Assembly: GCF_031769215.1 (NCBI RefSeq)
Contig: NW_026782024.1
Coordinates: 1,054,001-1,118,000, forward strand
Origin: Ylistrum balloti
Taxonomy: Eukaryota
Length of the DNA: 64,000 bases
Direction: 5' to 3'
Position 1 is the first letter of the stretch, and each line of letters begins with the position of its first letter. Made by a program: the position numbers and the translations under genes. The notes below the pieces were generated by a model, which did no database searches, was not told the DNA's origin, and worked only from the letters and a program-made list of their open reading frames with translations. Below are positions 51,621-64,000 of this stretch, one piece after another.

Positions 51621-53800
51621 TGTAAAAATCTAAGCACATCGATCATGACGAATAAAGCGACGTGTGAACAATATCACGTGACAACAAAGGAATGTGCGTT
51701 GATACCTAATGAAACAAAGGCGTCGTCATAGAGACCATATGACAAGGAAGGAAATTTATAGATATCTGATGACATAAAGGAATCTTCATAGGTACCATTT
51801 ACAACAAAAACCGTTTTTAGATACCAGATTGCCCAAAGGAATCTCCATATATACTAGACGACAACAAAAGATGTCTCATAAATATCAGATGGCAACAAAT
51901 GAATTTTCATAGATAACACACGACAACAAAGGGGTTGTAAAAATATTGACGACAACAAAGGGATTGTCGTAGATATCAGTTGAAAATATTATTAGACTTG
52001 TCCGAATGAATGTCATCGTTAACGCTTTGGAAATATTATTATTAAATTTTTTGAGCAGCTTCACTTCCGGTTCTTTATCGATTATCTCATTAAGTTGATA
52101 AATATGACTGACATCAAATTACGTTTTTTATCTACTTTCAAACACGAAATATAAACATGCATACCCAACACTAGATGGAAATATGTTTTTCGTCTTTAAT
52201 TTGAGTTTTTTTTTTTCAAATTCCTTGCAATTTTCAACGAAATTAAGGTTGTAATGAAGAAACAACGTCATTCGGTTAACACCTTCCAGGAGCAGGAACC
52301 GTTCCTAGCTAGCAACATCCTTCAGATAGCGCCTGTATCGGTAAGGTTAGCAGTCGATTGATTACAGCGAGAAGCACATTTGTAACAGAAATGTCTACAG
52401 CCGAGCTCTAGTTTAACGCAAATCTTGTCTAGCTCGACAAAATTCTTCTCATCCAAATAATTACCTATCAAATTTCAGTCTAAAGACCGTGTATTATCAA
52501 ATTTTACCATTGCCTGAAAATTACTTCTAAACCACACTGTCCCCGAGGTAATACATGATTGTGTACAAGTCGATACGGACCAGGTACCTGTTGGGAATTA
52601 AAGGGGATATTGGCTTTCATTAGTTATTTTCATGTCGCAGCGTATTTCACTCACAACATTTATATCCGATTTCGAAAACAAAGTGCCGGCTTAACATATT
52701 TGAACATTTTTTCATATAACTCCGGCAGGCGGACTCGTGTAGAAATGTTCTAATGTGATATGCAGCACTATTCTTATTTGAATTATAGTGAATGGGTTGG
52801 CGGACATGCATATTTAAGAAGAAAGACGAAATGATGTGGAGCACTTTCGTTAAGAGTACAACTGGATTTTGACTTAAAAAAGAACCATTTTTCCCCCAAA
52901 AAATATATGGCGAGCACTTTTATGTGGAGTACAACTCCATTAGGGTTAAATGAGGATGTACTATTTACTTAAAGTCATAATTTATCAGTGTGGTGGTCAA
53001 TATTGTCACGAAGTGCGGTAGAATGACGACAGAATTTTGGCGTAAGATGATCATCACATCCAAAAACCAAAATATCTTATTAAGACCTCGACTATATATG
53101 TACTTACGTCTGGCAGATGAGGAAGGTTCATGGTAATTTCGATGAAGAAGAAAAGTAGGTATTTAGAACTAGACATGATAGTAATTAAATGTAAATACGC
53201 TCTGTTTCGAATATGTCCAAATGTTTGCTTTAAATCGGTCCGTGCCACGAGAGTGTGACATCACTACCCTGCCAACAGTAAGTTATTATTAGGGCTACGG
53301 TGTCTAGTACTTATTATAACAGATCTGCATGTGCTGATTTTTCTCTGATTGGTGGTCAGATAAGCTCTGTAGCTAATGGGATCACATCAAAATATTTTTT
53401 TTACTCAAGTTTTCTGTTGATTATACCTGCTGGTACTAATGGTTCAACACCACTACCTGTTACCTTTTTGTCACCATAGTAACACATAACGCCTGTTAGC
53501 ATTGATGATTCTACGGTACTACCTGTTACCTCTGTTTCTATAGCTACGTCAAATACAAGTCACAGCTGCTTAACTCAAGTTACCATGCTTACATCTGATG
53601 CCAGTAATGTACACATAAAACAAGTCATAATAATGACCGTTTACCAAAGTAATATCTAACACATCGACCATAATCATACTTATGTTTACTGAACTTAAAA
53701 AGTTTTAGTAGAGTGCATACAGGTATAACTACATCTGTTATCATTCTTACTTAACATAAGTTTGGGTGTTGGTGTTTGGGTGCTGGTGGCATAGGCGGTA

Positions 53801-54128
53801 GTGTGGTGGCACTTCCTATATGTAGGATGGTGTTGGGATGTTGGTGGAATTGGCGGTAGTGTGGTGGCACTTCCTCTATGTAGGATGGTGTGGGGATGTT
53901 TATGGAATTGGCGGTAGTGTGGTGGCACTTCCTCTATGTAGGATGGTGTGGGGATGTTGGTGGCATTGGTGGCAGTGTGGTGGCACTTCCTCTATGTAGT
54001 ATGGTGTTGGGATGTTGGTGGCATTGGTGGCAGTGTGGTGGCACTTCCTCTATGTAGGATGGTGTTGGGATGTTGGTGGCATTGGTGGCAGTGTGGTGGC
54101 ACTTCCTCTATGTAGGATGGTGTCGGAT
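53801..54128. repeat. 58-bp G-rich minisatellite, ~5.7 copies
   Basis: Unit GTGTGGTGGCACTTCCTCTATGTAGGATGGTGTTGGGATGTTGGTGGCATTGGTGGCA (starts at 53801, 53859, 53917, 53975). Confidence 0.93.
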
Positions 54129-54854
54129 GTTAGTGGTGTCATGGGAAGGATAAACCGGATAGTAATGTATTGTTTGTAAGCATCACGTGTATCTGTTCCG
54201 CGTTAATCAAGCAATTACTTCACACTATAAAAGATATGACAGTACAGCATGACATCGGTGAGGTAGACAAATTCATCTTGATAAATGAGGGCAGTAATGA
54301 TATAAAGAAAAACGCTGGTAAACTGTAACCAAGAGGTACTATTTAGCCTCTCTGTGATTACTGATTATCTATTTATATCTTTTGTTTATCTCTCGGAGTG
54401 TAGTTATCATTTCTGCTCCCGCTTGTCAATATCTATGTTTGTATGTATATATAAAGTTACTGAATCATCAAACGGTGGCGTTTCCGAGACAAAATCGATA
54501 AAAACATCTACCGTCCCTCTACATATCCATACTTTACATACATCATGCATTGTGTATCGTCAATAAAAATCTTAATAGTATACATGCTCCCATAGTAGTC
54601 CTAGGTCGCTATGGTAATACTGAATCTTATCTTTGTGCAACACGCTATTTCTATATTGAAAGATTCCTTACGTGAATTCTTTAAACATAATCGATATTAT
54701 GACATTTATAATGTAAGTAAATACCATGCGAGTTCGAATTTCGATTATCATTATGTTGACATGCTGGTATTTTCGTTAATGTTATCCTAGTTGCTCATGA
54801 CTATATATATATATATATTTGTGTGTTAGAAGAAAGTTTAAAATCTCAGTGTCA

Positions 54855-54860
54855 ACAGAC

Positions 54861-54929
<69 letters not shown>

Positions 54930-55029
54930 GGCGGACGGACGGACGGACGGACGCACACACACACTACACACCCACATAACACTCACACACACATACAGAG
55001 AGAAAATGAAAGAGAGACAGACAGACAGA

Positions 55030-55061
<32 letters not shown>

Positions 55062-55065
55062 AACA
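54855..55065. repeat. Compound microsatellite (GACA)n(GACG)n(CA)n
   Basis: Directly visible in the sequence. Confidence 0.95.
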
Positions 55066-55399
55066 GACTCCCAGAGAGTTGGAAATACTTCCATACATAT
55101 ATGTAATATATATGATCATTGAAACAATAACGACAGTACGGACTAGTGAATTTTCAAACTTTGAACAATCTGTCCCTTTATCAAGGCATGTTACAAAAGT
55201 TACATCACACACATAGAACATGAAACATGGATAAAGGTACAAAGTATAATCGAGAACGGCGGTGTCCCGTCATCCCTTCGGCCAAGGTTTCGAACAAGAT
55301 ATAAAAAAAAACTGACAAACAAACCCACAGCCTAAAGTTTTCAAGAGATGCAAGTTGATGAGACTGACGAGGAAGTTTTACTGTCGTCAAAATCATATC

Positions 55400-55690
55400 A
55401 TTTAGAAATATTCTATATTTTTTGTGCTATAGGAAGTTGGATGTGTTTGATACTCGCTAGTATACCTATTTCTTCCGTTGTTGTTAACAGAATTCTCCTT
55501 TGGGAACCTGACATTACTTACGTGGACTGACCAATATTTACATGATAGATGTCGTCGATGAAGCAGAAGACGCTTACTCTCCCAGAACACATGGTCTTAT
55601 TATCATTGTATTTTTTCAGGAGTCTCCGTATAAATCTTTCTTTTGTTCATATTTTTCCTAGTTTTATTGAATTTGAATTTAAATTATGAT
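55400..55690 (+). mobile_element. Penelope-associated 3' segment
   Basis: gaagcagaagacgcttac..ccagaacac.tggtct..caggagtctccgt.taaatct..tagttttattgaatttgaat, shared with 26100-26205. Confidence 0.55.
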
Positions 55691-58600
55691 TCTGTTGGCA
55701 AGTTGATATTTTCTTTGCTGTCGTTATAAAATACCATCATTAATATAAAAAAAATCGACCTGTCATTTAAAATCATAAACAATAAAAATAATACGAGATT
55801 ACAAAGTTCAATATACAGATATGAAACAATCTATTACGTCGGTATAGTGGTACATTACTTCGGTTACAAACAGAATAATATCTAAACATGGTTTCAATAG
55901 AAGTACCTAATACAAATTGATACAATGCACGATTAAACAAGTTATACCGCTCTGTTATAAATCAGTTAACGGCTATCATTATTGTATATAACAATGTTTG
56001 GAAAATAGGCCATGATGATCAATACATTGAATAAATGCAGATACGTTACACTGAATATAAACCATGAAATCCATTGAAAAATAAATAAATAAATAGATAG
56101 ATAAATAAATAGATAAATAAATAAAGAGCTCTACGATACATGAAGTAATACAGTAATATCTTATATGTACTGTTTATATTTAGATAATTCAATAAAGCTC
56201 CAGATGTGACAATTAAAAATAGAACTGTTCATATCAAGTCTATAATCATTTGATTACATGAGAGTTTTAATCCGCCGCTAAAATATTAGTAAAATTACTA
56301 CCATGCCTACAGTATTTTAATTACAAAAAAAAATAGTTCAATGCTCTGTCACAAAATTATTCCAGAACAAATTTGTAGAAATGGTTCTGTATAATGTCAC
56401 TGTCTATTCTATAATTGATTATTAAACGTTAGCAGTCCTGTAATTATAGGAGTGTCATGATAACTTTTTAATGAATTTTCCCGGTTGCTGCAAAATGGTT
56501 TCCATTATATATATCCATCGAAAGCGGATTTCTTTACTCTTTAATTTAGTTTCGGTAAAATTGGTCCTTCGTGCTGTTGGCAAATCGTTCTTCCTTAAAT
56601 TATTTGACGTCCTAAGTTGAAATCGATAGAAAATTTGTCTGTTCAGCGAATCGGGTATTTTGTTCTATTGGAAGTGCCTTCGTCGCCGATAATTCCCATT
56701 AGCCGTGATGGACTTAACGCGGAGGAGGCTCCAGATATAACAATCCTATTTCAACGGCCTACTTTTATCTTAGCAGCAGTTATGAGGAGTACAAGATCCT
56801 TCACCTTATAGCTGCATACAACAATAGATATAGGGAGAAGCCCTCTCCTAACAGGACCACGGAGGATTATACCGACATTTAATAACCATGATTGTTTACG
56901 TAACCACAACGGACAAACATGTGAACTGTACGTGACTTCCAGATAAAACCTTATTGATTTTTACCAATGACTTTTTTCCTTGTTAGTACCGAAATAATTA
57001 TTAATCATTCGTATGATTGTGTACGTCCTAGATTTTCTTAAATATAGAGAAGAGGAAAGTATGGAATTCTCTTATTTATCATCATACATTGGAACATTTC
57101 TTATCAAAACTATTTCGAAATTGTTTTCTATCGATACACAAAGCTTACATTTTCTCTTTAAAAAAAGAAAGACTTGTTACATATTCTAACCAGAAGTATA
57201 AACATGTTGGCATGGACCTTTGAGGATCACAACAAACACCTGCAATTGGCGTTCATTTGAAAATAATTTCATAACGAAAATTATGACAGAATACATTTTC
57301 TTTATATTGATTTCGGCCGATTTTGAAGTTCCACAATCTCCTCGAAGATTTTAACAGTTCAGCACCCTAACTTCAATGATGAGTGCAAGTAGGAAGTAAA
57401 AGCTGCGTGATCTTTAATTTACTATTTTACTTCACTATACCTCTTCAGCTATAATGCTAAAACTGTCTTGGAATTTTCGATTCACTTGTTCGTTTTATAA
57501 ACAATTATTCTAGTGGTTCGACGAAGTTCCCGAGAGCATGACAAATTCCCATAAATATGTAGACTAGGTAGCTTAACATCTTATCACTCGATATCCAGCC
57601 GTATAGTAGCCATGTTATCTGGTATATTGTGAGGCGTATGTCGACACTGAGGCATCCTATGGAAAATTATCTGGTTTCTGGGGATATTACGCCATCCTAG
57701 AGAATGTATGTTTATCTGGTTCCCTGTGTATATTAAAAAGTTATCAGATTTAAACTATAGTGCAATATGTCATTTGACGTGCGCTATAACTACTTCTGAA
57801 TCCTTGAGCTGCCTCATCGCTTCTGATTTAATGGGACCTTATTGAGGAAATATTGGTGTGTCCATTTACTTATTCTGTAATATATACGTGTAACAGATGA
57901 TTCAAACTCCGCTGAAGGTGCACAGAAGAAGTATAAACTGCGTCACAAGCAGTCTACTAAAAAGACGTATTTCGCCGCGCCACGCACAGTCTGCTCGACA
58001 AACATATTTCCGTTGATCGTTGTATGCTCGACATAACTAAACGCACGCTGGCATCAGTGATATCAGGTGAATATTATAAAATGATATGCTTGCCTACATA
58101 GATGTGTCCGTCATCTAGTTACATCACCGCTAATGTAGTTCAACTGTTTTTCAATTCGACTTAAGCTCAAAAGAGTTGACCAAATGGAACAGCCACCTTG
58201 ACATGCTTGATGTTGCCTTCCGAATAAATAATAAATAATCACGTGGGATTTACCCGAATGTCAGTCTAGACGATATACGTTGGGGCAATGTCATGCTAAT
58301 GTAAATATCAATAAATGTTGTTTAAATGATGCCATGAAATGAAAAGCTGACAAAGATAAGTGTCAAATTACTTTCAGCCTGGCAGGATGAAAAAAATTGA
58401 TACCGATCACGTTATATTTGATGTTTAATTAGATTCATTGTGATTAGTGAACAGAATAATAGTTATTACATATCAATGTGTGGTGCATTATTTGTGATAA
58501 CATTTCCTCCCGATTCAAGATCACAATTAGTTATATTAGATCCGTATAATTTCTACTAAGTTTATCAAATCCTTTCCACAGCGACCAGAAGTTCAGGTCA

Positions 58601-58769
58601 ATAAATCATAAATGGCCATTGAACGCCTGTAAAATTCCGCTACTACTTGTGTGCTCTAAATCAATATGGGAATGCCAAAGTGTGAACAAAAATATAATCT
58701 AAATTCAAATAAAACTAGGGCAAAAATATGAACAAAAGATAGATTTACATGAGGAATCCTTAAAAAGGA

Positions 58770-59700
58770 ACAAGGAGAATTAGATCAGGTATTTCGGAAG
58801 AGTAAGCGTCTGTTGCTTCATCCACGACACCTGACTTGCAAATTTTTGTCAAAGTAAGTAATGTCGCGTCCTCAGATGAGAACATGGTATATAACATCAA
58901 ACATGTCCAGCCTCGTATCTGCTTAAGAATAGATTGTTTCTCAGTGAAATTACAAATGTCGATTGTTAAACATCCTTATATTCCTCGAGCCCCTGTGTTT
59001 TGAGCTTTCGCAAATAAAATTCTAAAAGATACAACAATGGAACCAACAGACAAACTAAAGAAAATAAACAGGTGCATCTCCATATCGCACAAAGAAATAA
59101 AATATTTGTCAGTGAAATCACTTTGACGACTGTAAACCTTTCATAAAATTTTCACCAACCTGCATCTTTTGAAACCTTGTGGTATGAGTTCGTCAGTCAG
59201 TTGACGATATTGGGAAAAGGCCCTTGAATATAGAATTAACTGCAACTTGTAAGCACCATAGGTTCGGGATGCAGGAATGCTGATATCAACAAATGGAAAA
59301 TTCACAATAGGAAAATGGAAATCATTATGCATATCAAAACAACTTGAAAGTTGAAAGCTGTTCATGTTGGTTTCGTTGCAGGGAAAGATTGAGATAAGTG
59401 GCTGAGAGAGAAGAATCTGTCTAGTCCTTGATATCCAGTTCTGTTCGGTATATACGATGGACGTGGTCAATATATTTTTCTTATTTGAAGACTAGACGTC
59501 ATGAGTATATCTGAAAGTGAAAGTAAGCGACATTGCAAGGTCTTTGTGACCTGTTTAGATAAGCTCTACGAAAAAATCTACCTCATATGAAAACAAAAGT
59601 GCACAGGAAATTTCCGTATTTATCCTCTTTCTTCTTTGACATATTTTTCACTAAATACGCTTCAGCATAGTTCACCACCTTATCTGTTGAATAAAATACA
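58770..59700 (-). mobile_element. Penelope-like RT remnant
   Basis: A degenerate FRYTHDV (FRYIDD-like), then NDFHFPIVNFPFVDISIPASRTYGAYKLQLILYSRA..QG, followed by the family 3' motif at 58780-58835. Confidence 0.8.
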
Positions 59701-59859
59701 AAGTAATCAGATTTTGTTAAACTTAATATGAATTTATAACATTATCTCATCATGTACAATTGTACCTGCTAATTTTATATGGATAAAGATGATCAAACCC
59801 CAATATTACATATAACTAGCCATCATCAACAACACAGAAAATATAATACATCAATTGTC

Positions 59860-60200
59860 ATTATCAGTAGTATCAAAAATATTATTTATAACTTATCAGG
59901 GATACCGAACATGTATATAATTCATAATCATCAGTAATATCGAAAATATTATTTATAACTTACCATTATCAGTAATATCGAACATATATATAATTAATCA
60001 TTATCAGTAATATCAAAAATATTATTTATAACTTACCAATATCAGGAATACCAAACATGTATATAATTCATTATTATCAGGAATACCGAACATGTATATA
60101 ATTCATCATCATCAGTAATACCGAAAATATTATTTATAACTTGCCAATATCAGGGTTACATGTATATACTTAATAATAATAATCAGTAATATCGAAAATA
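59860..60200. repeat. Degenerate AT-rich minisatellite
   Basis: Recurring atcagtaatatcgaaaatattatttataacttacc and accgaacatgtatataattcat units. Confidence 0.75.
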
Positions 60201-60954
60201 TTAAATTCAACTAACCATTATTTGTGATACAGAAGATATATCTAACTTACCTTTGTCAGTACTGACAAAAAAAAACATATAACTTACCGATATCAGCGAT
60301 AACAAGAGATTGTTTTTTTTAAAAATTGTGGTGGCTTGCCACACTTATTATGTATTACCGTTATATATACAAGTTATGATTAACATGAATGGTTATTTTA
60401 AGGTAATTTGAAATAAGGCCATTTCTAAACATAAACACCCATACTGTTCGGGAGAGACATAAGAGAAGTCTGCGTTAGGAGCATGTTTCCACCAGAACAT
60501 CTATGTTTCCATATGGTTACGAATTCTTATACAATGTCGTAAATGCCGGGATGTATTCTGCCTGATAGAATCATAATAACGGTTGGCTGAGCATTGTATT
60601 TTATTTAATAGTTTTCTCTGTAAGCATTGATATGTAAATTGATAATAGGGAATGTATACTCTTATGTTGACTGGACATGATGTCTCGTCTTTGTGGATTT
60701 GGGTGATTCTGATCATGTCCCAACACTAACCATACTTAGGTGAAGTCAGCACTACTGGAACCTCGCATTTCATATAAAACCAGATGGAAGCTTTTAAATT
60801 GGACACGATGCTGACATTCTAATCATTATTATATTGACTTAAAGAGGTTTTTATCGACTTATTTGTATATTCATCGTATCGATTTTGTGTATTCCAGATT
60901 CCTCATCAGTATGTGTGTTGACGTCACGTCCGGTTGATTTTCTAAACCCTCACT

Positions 60955-62124
60955 ATGATGGTTGATTGTGACTCCTCCCCAGATCACACGCCCTCTAGGG
61001 AGTCGGACTCCTCGGAAGTTAGGGCGATATTATGGGGCAGGCTTGGAAGACGGCTCGAGGAAGGCACAAACGAAACTCCGTCTATTTCAGAGCAGACGGC
61101 GCCGACATCCGGAACTGCACGTCCGCCATCTATAAAGCGACCAACACGATTAAGTGATGAATGGAATGAGCTTCGGAGACTGCGAGGCAGTCCTGATGGT
61201 CAGGATAACGTTTCGATTCCGTCGCACAGAATGGAAAGCAGACGTTCCATTTGGAAGAATTTCATATCCCTGTGCACAAGTTTGATGTGTGCTTTTATTT
61301 CATTCCTGCCGTTACGTAACATTCAGAGTAGTCTGTATACCAACTACCATCTAGGCACTTTATCGCTGGCTGTTATTTACGGTAGTTTTATTATCGGATG
61401 TGTAATGTCCTCCTGGATTGCTCAGAATGCCAGGCCAAAAGGTCTCATCCTCGTTTCCGTCTTCAGTCACGTGTTATTTGTGGCGGCAAATATGTTCCCA
61501 TCATTCATTACGTTGATTCCTACTTCCTGTCTCTTTGGATTTCTTCAAGCACCGTTGTGGTCAGTTCAAGAACTTCTGATTGGTAGCTACGGAACGAGTT
61601 ATTCGGCCGTCACTGGAATGAGAATGGAGCGATCTATTCAACAATTCCAGGGGGTATTTGTAATATTTTGTCACTCAGCGCAAATATTCGGAAACCTCTT
61701 GGAGTCGCTCGTGTTAGGTATGGACGATATTACCACAAACACAATGTTTCACGGGAACTACTCAAGCTATTTACGGGAAGAATCCTTGGCCAATAACTGC
61801 ACATCACCTTGCCAAACAGCAATGACATATTCCTACCACGTGTTCGGGTACGAAATATTCCCCAATACAATGTTACTAGATGGCAGATTACACCAGGTGG
61901 AAATACTAAAAATAATCTTCCTGGCAATTGGCTGTGTGTCTGTTACTTTGGTAGGGCTTTGTTTACGGAAACCTGACATTATTTTGAACAAAAGAAAAAT
62001 GTGTTTAAAGGAAAAGGTTCAAGAAAGTTTAAGCTTCTTTAAGACGAAGACATTCCTCATGCTTGGATTATTGATGATATTTACCGGCATGCAACAGGGC
62101 ATCGTAATTAACGACGTCACTAAG
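60955..62124 (+). CDS. UNC93: UNC-93-like MFS membrane protein, first coding exon (390 aa); the gene probably continues beyond the window
   Basis: KNFISLCTSLMCAFISFLPLRNIQSSL..LGTLSLAVIYGS..AANMFP..LIPTSCLFGFLQAPLWS..AQIFGNL..IFTGMQQG match UNC-93 family motifs. Acceptor at 60897 with an in-frame TGA before the ATG; donor AAG|gtcagt at 62124. Confidence 0.85.
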
Positions 62125-62699
62125 GTCAGTATGACAATGAAATCAATCGAGACAATGAAAAATGCATAGGCTCAAATACTCAAAATACCCTTCACCATGT
62201 AATCGCCACTTTTTTTCGAATATTGAAGATATTGTTTTTTGTGATAGCATCTGTTTCACGTGTAGCGAAGCTAACGAAACGACTTGAGAAATGTGCGAGT
62301 TGTTCAGTCTATGTAATCTGTTCGATAATGTTAGAATTGTGATACTGTACTCAAGAAATACCCATTCTGAACACACTCTCTTCTATAGGAGTATTTTATT
62401 TGTTCCACTCTTTACACTTTCATCACTCATTACAAGCTAGAGAAGCGCCTTCGTTCTCTTGTTATGATAGCTATTCTGTGAAAAATACATTCTAAGAAGA
62501 AATATGTGTAGTATTACATCAATTATGTTCGAATTTCCCATTGATGATATCTTTCACAGGTTTGGTTGACATTTTTTTCAAACACAGTTCTTATATACCT
62601 GCTGGAACATAACTGTGCCCTCTCTTGGCTAACTCGGCTTTGATTTCATAAGAGGCTTAACTTATCAGAGAGATTTTCAAAACACGTCATAAAGACCTT

Positions 62700-63130
62700 A
62701 CAAAATTCTTAAATTCACATAAAGATGTATAGACCATTTTTGGATAGCAATATGCTTGTATCTCCAATGTGTGGTGTTTACATGTGGCAGTCGATATACA
62801 AAAAGCTTGGTCACATTATCACATTTTTCCGTGCAGATATCGGTAAATGACAGAGAATAGAAGATTACGCGGACGTCTTATGGCGGTCATTATGATTTCA
62901 TTGACAAAAAAAATTATATTTCCTTGAGCAACACGACTTTGGACATATTTGATGCCCCTTAGAAGTTTGATGGTTGCGTTGACGGTAACATTTTTCCTTA
63001 TTTGGGAACATGGCATTCCTTCACTGGATTTACCAAGGTTTACACGGTGAAACGAAAGACACCTACCCTTCCAGAACACTTGGTCTCATACCCCTTAATT
63101 TTTCAGTAGCCTCAATGTAAGATTTTCTTT
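62700..63130 (+). mobile_element. Penelope-like RT C-terminal remnant plus 3' motif
   Basis: PFLDSNMLVSPMCGVYMWQ..KAWSHY, then cctacccttccagaacacttggtct at ~63065. Confidence 0.6.
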
Positions 63131-63734
63131 CGTTCATATTTCGACCTACTTTCATCGATTCTGGGTTTGAGAAATTCCAGTTTGCCACAGCGTTATTTCT
63201 TAGCGTGTTGATACCCTCTAAGTAACCTAGGTAATCAGCATCAGTTATCTTGTTGACCACACATACGGTTGATACCCGATAAAGCACGTTTCGTATTTCA
63301 TTTCATGCAAACGTCCCTATTCATGTTTAGAAACGAACGTGACGTTTACATGGTATTGATTTTAGGACTGTCTTAACGGCCTCACCATGCTAATTACAGG
63401 TACAATCAGGTGGATGGAGCTAGCGCGATCTCTAAAAAAGGCTTCAATAAACCTCGCGATGAGACAGCACATTTCTCTACATCCTGGTGAAATATTATCA
63501 TGGTAATGAGACAAGAAAGCCTCTAATTAACATTGAGAATTTACTCCTTCGCCGTTGTTAAAATGATGAAAAAGTATACACATCTTCTATAATTTATCTA
63601 AAGCAAAGGCTTCGGTCCGCTATTGAAGAGCTGAATTTAGAGGGCTTCAAACGAAACCTACTGTGTAATACATAGTCATGTATTTGGAAGTGTGAAATGG
63701 TGGTATTCAACGTAGTTTAAATTACAAATTCAGA

Positions 63735-64000
63735 TACGCTCATCAGTTCAGTAAACGTGGACATCTCGATACTACTGAAGTACGCTGATCAGTTCAGTAA
63801 ACATGGAGATCTCGATACTTCTGAAGTACGCTGATCAGTTCAGTAAACGTGGACATCTTTATACTACTGAAGTACGCTGATCAGTTCAGTAAACGTGGAC
63901 ATCTTGATACTACTGAAGTACGTTGATCAGTTCAGTAAACGTGGTGATCCCGATACTACTGAAGTACACTGATCAGTTCAGTAAACGTGGGCATCTCGAT
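63735..64000. repeat. 46-bp minisatellite running to the window end
   Basis: Unit TCAGTTCAGTAAACGTGGACATCTCGATACTACTGAAGTACGCTGA (starts at 63743, 63789, 63835). Confidence 0.94.

Noticed and set aside
62125-62169. UNC-93 ORF tail VSMTMKSIETMKNA
   Set aside because: Follows a consensus donor (AAG|gtcagt), and the MFS domain is incomplete, so this is intron read-through.

Overview
AT-rich, repeat-dense eukaryotic DNA with GT-AG introns; the repeat families (pearl/HINE-like element, Penelope remnants) suggest an invertebrate, probably a bivalve mollusc (inference). The main content is a minus-strand tandem cluster of carotenoid cleavage oxygenase (CCO; BCO/RPE65/NinaB superfamily) genes: three apparently intact copies (9554-12656, 27452-30898, 32115-35577) and a decayed fourth fragment (~37163-37330). 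All three keep the four iron-binding histidines. Unlike characterised animal CCOs, they carry an N-terminal signal peptide (copies 2, 3) or a longer signal-anchor-like segment (copy 1) and aligned N-glycosylation sequons. They lack the PDPC(K) motif, have Asp at the first second-shell Glu position, and have only one intron in the catalytic domain. This points to a secretory-pathway CCO clade. The window also holds the first coding exon of an UNC-93-like MFS gene (60955-62124, +), a decayed Ty3/gypsy element with a tRNA-His-type primer-binding site and a nested LINE, MULE and Penelope remnants, and about 15 minisatellite arrays. Coordinates were counted by hand; exon boundaries were checked against the ORF track, while repeat and transposon edges are approximate. 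No database searches were run.
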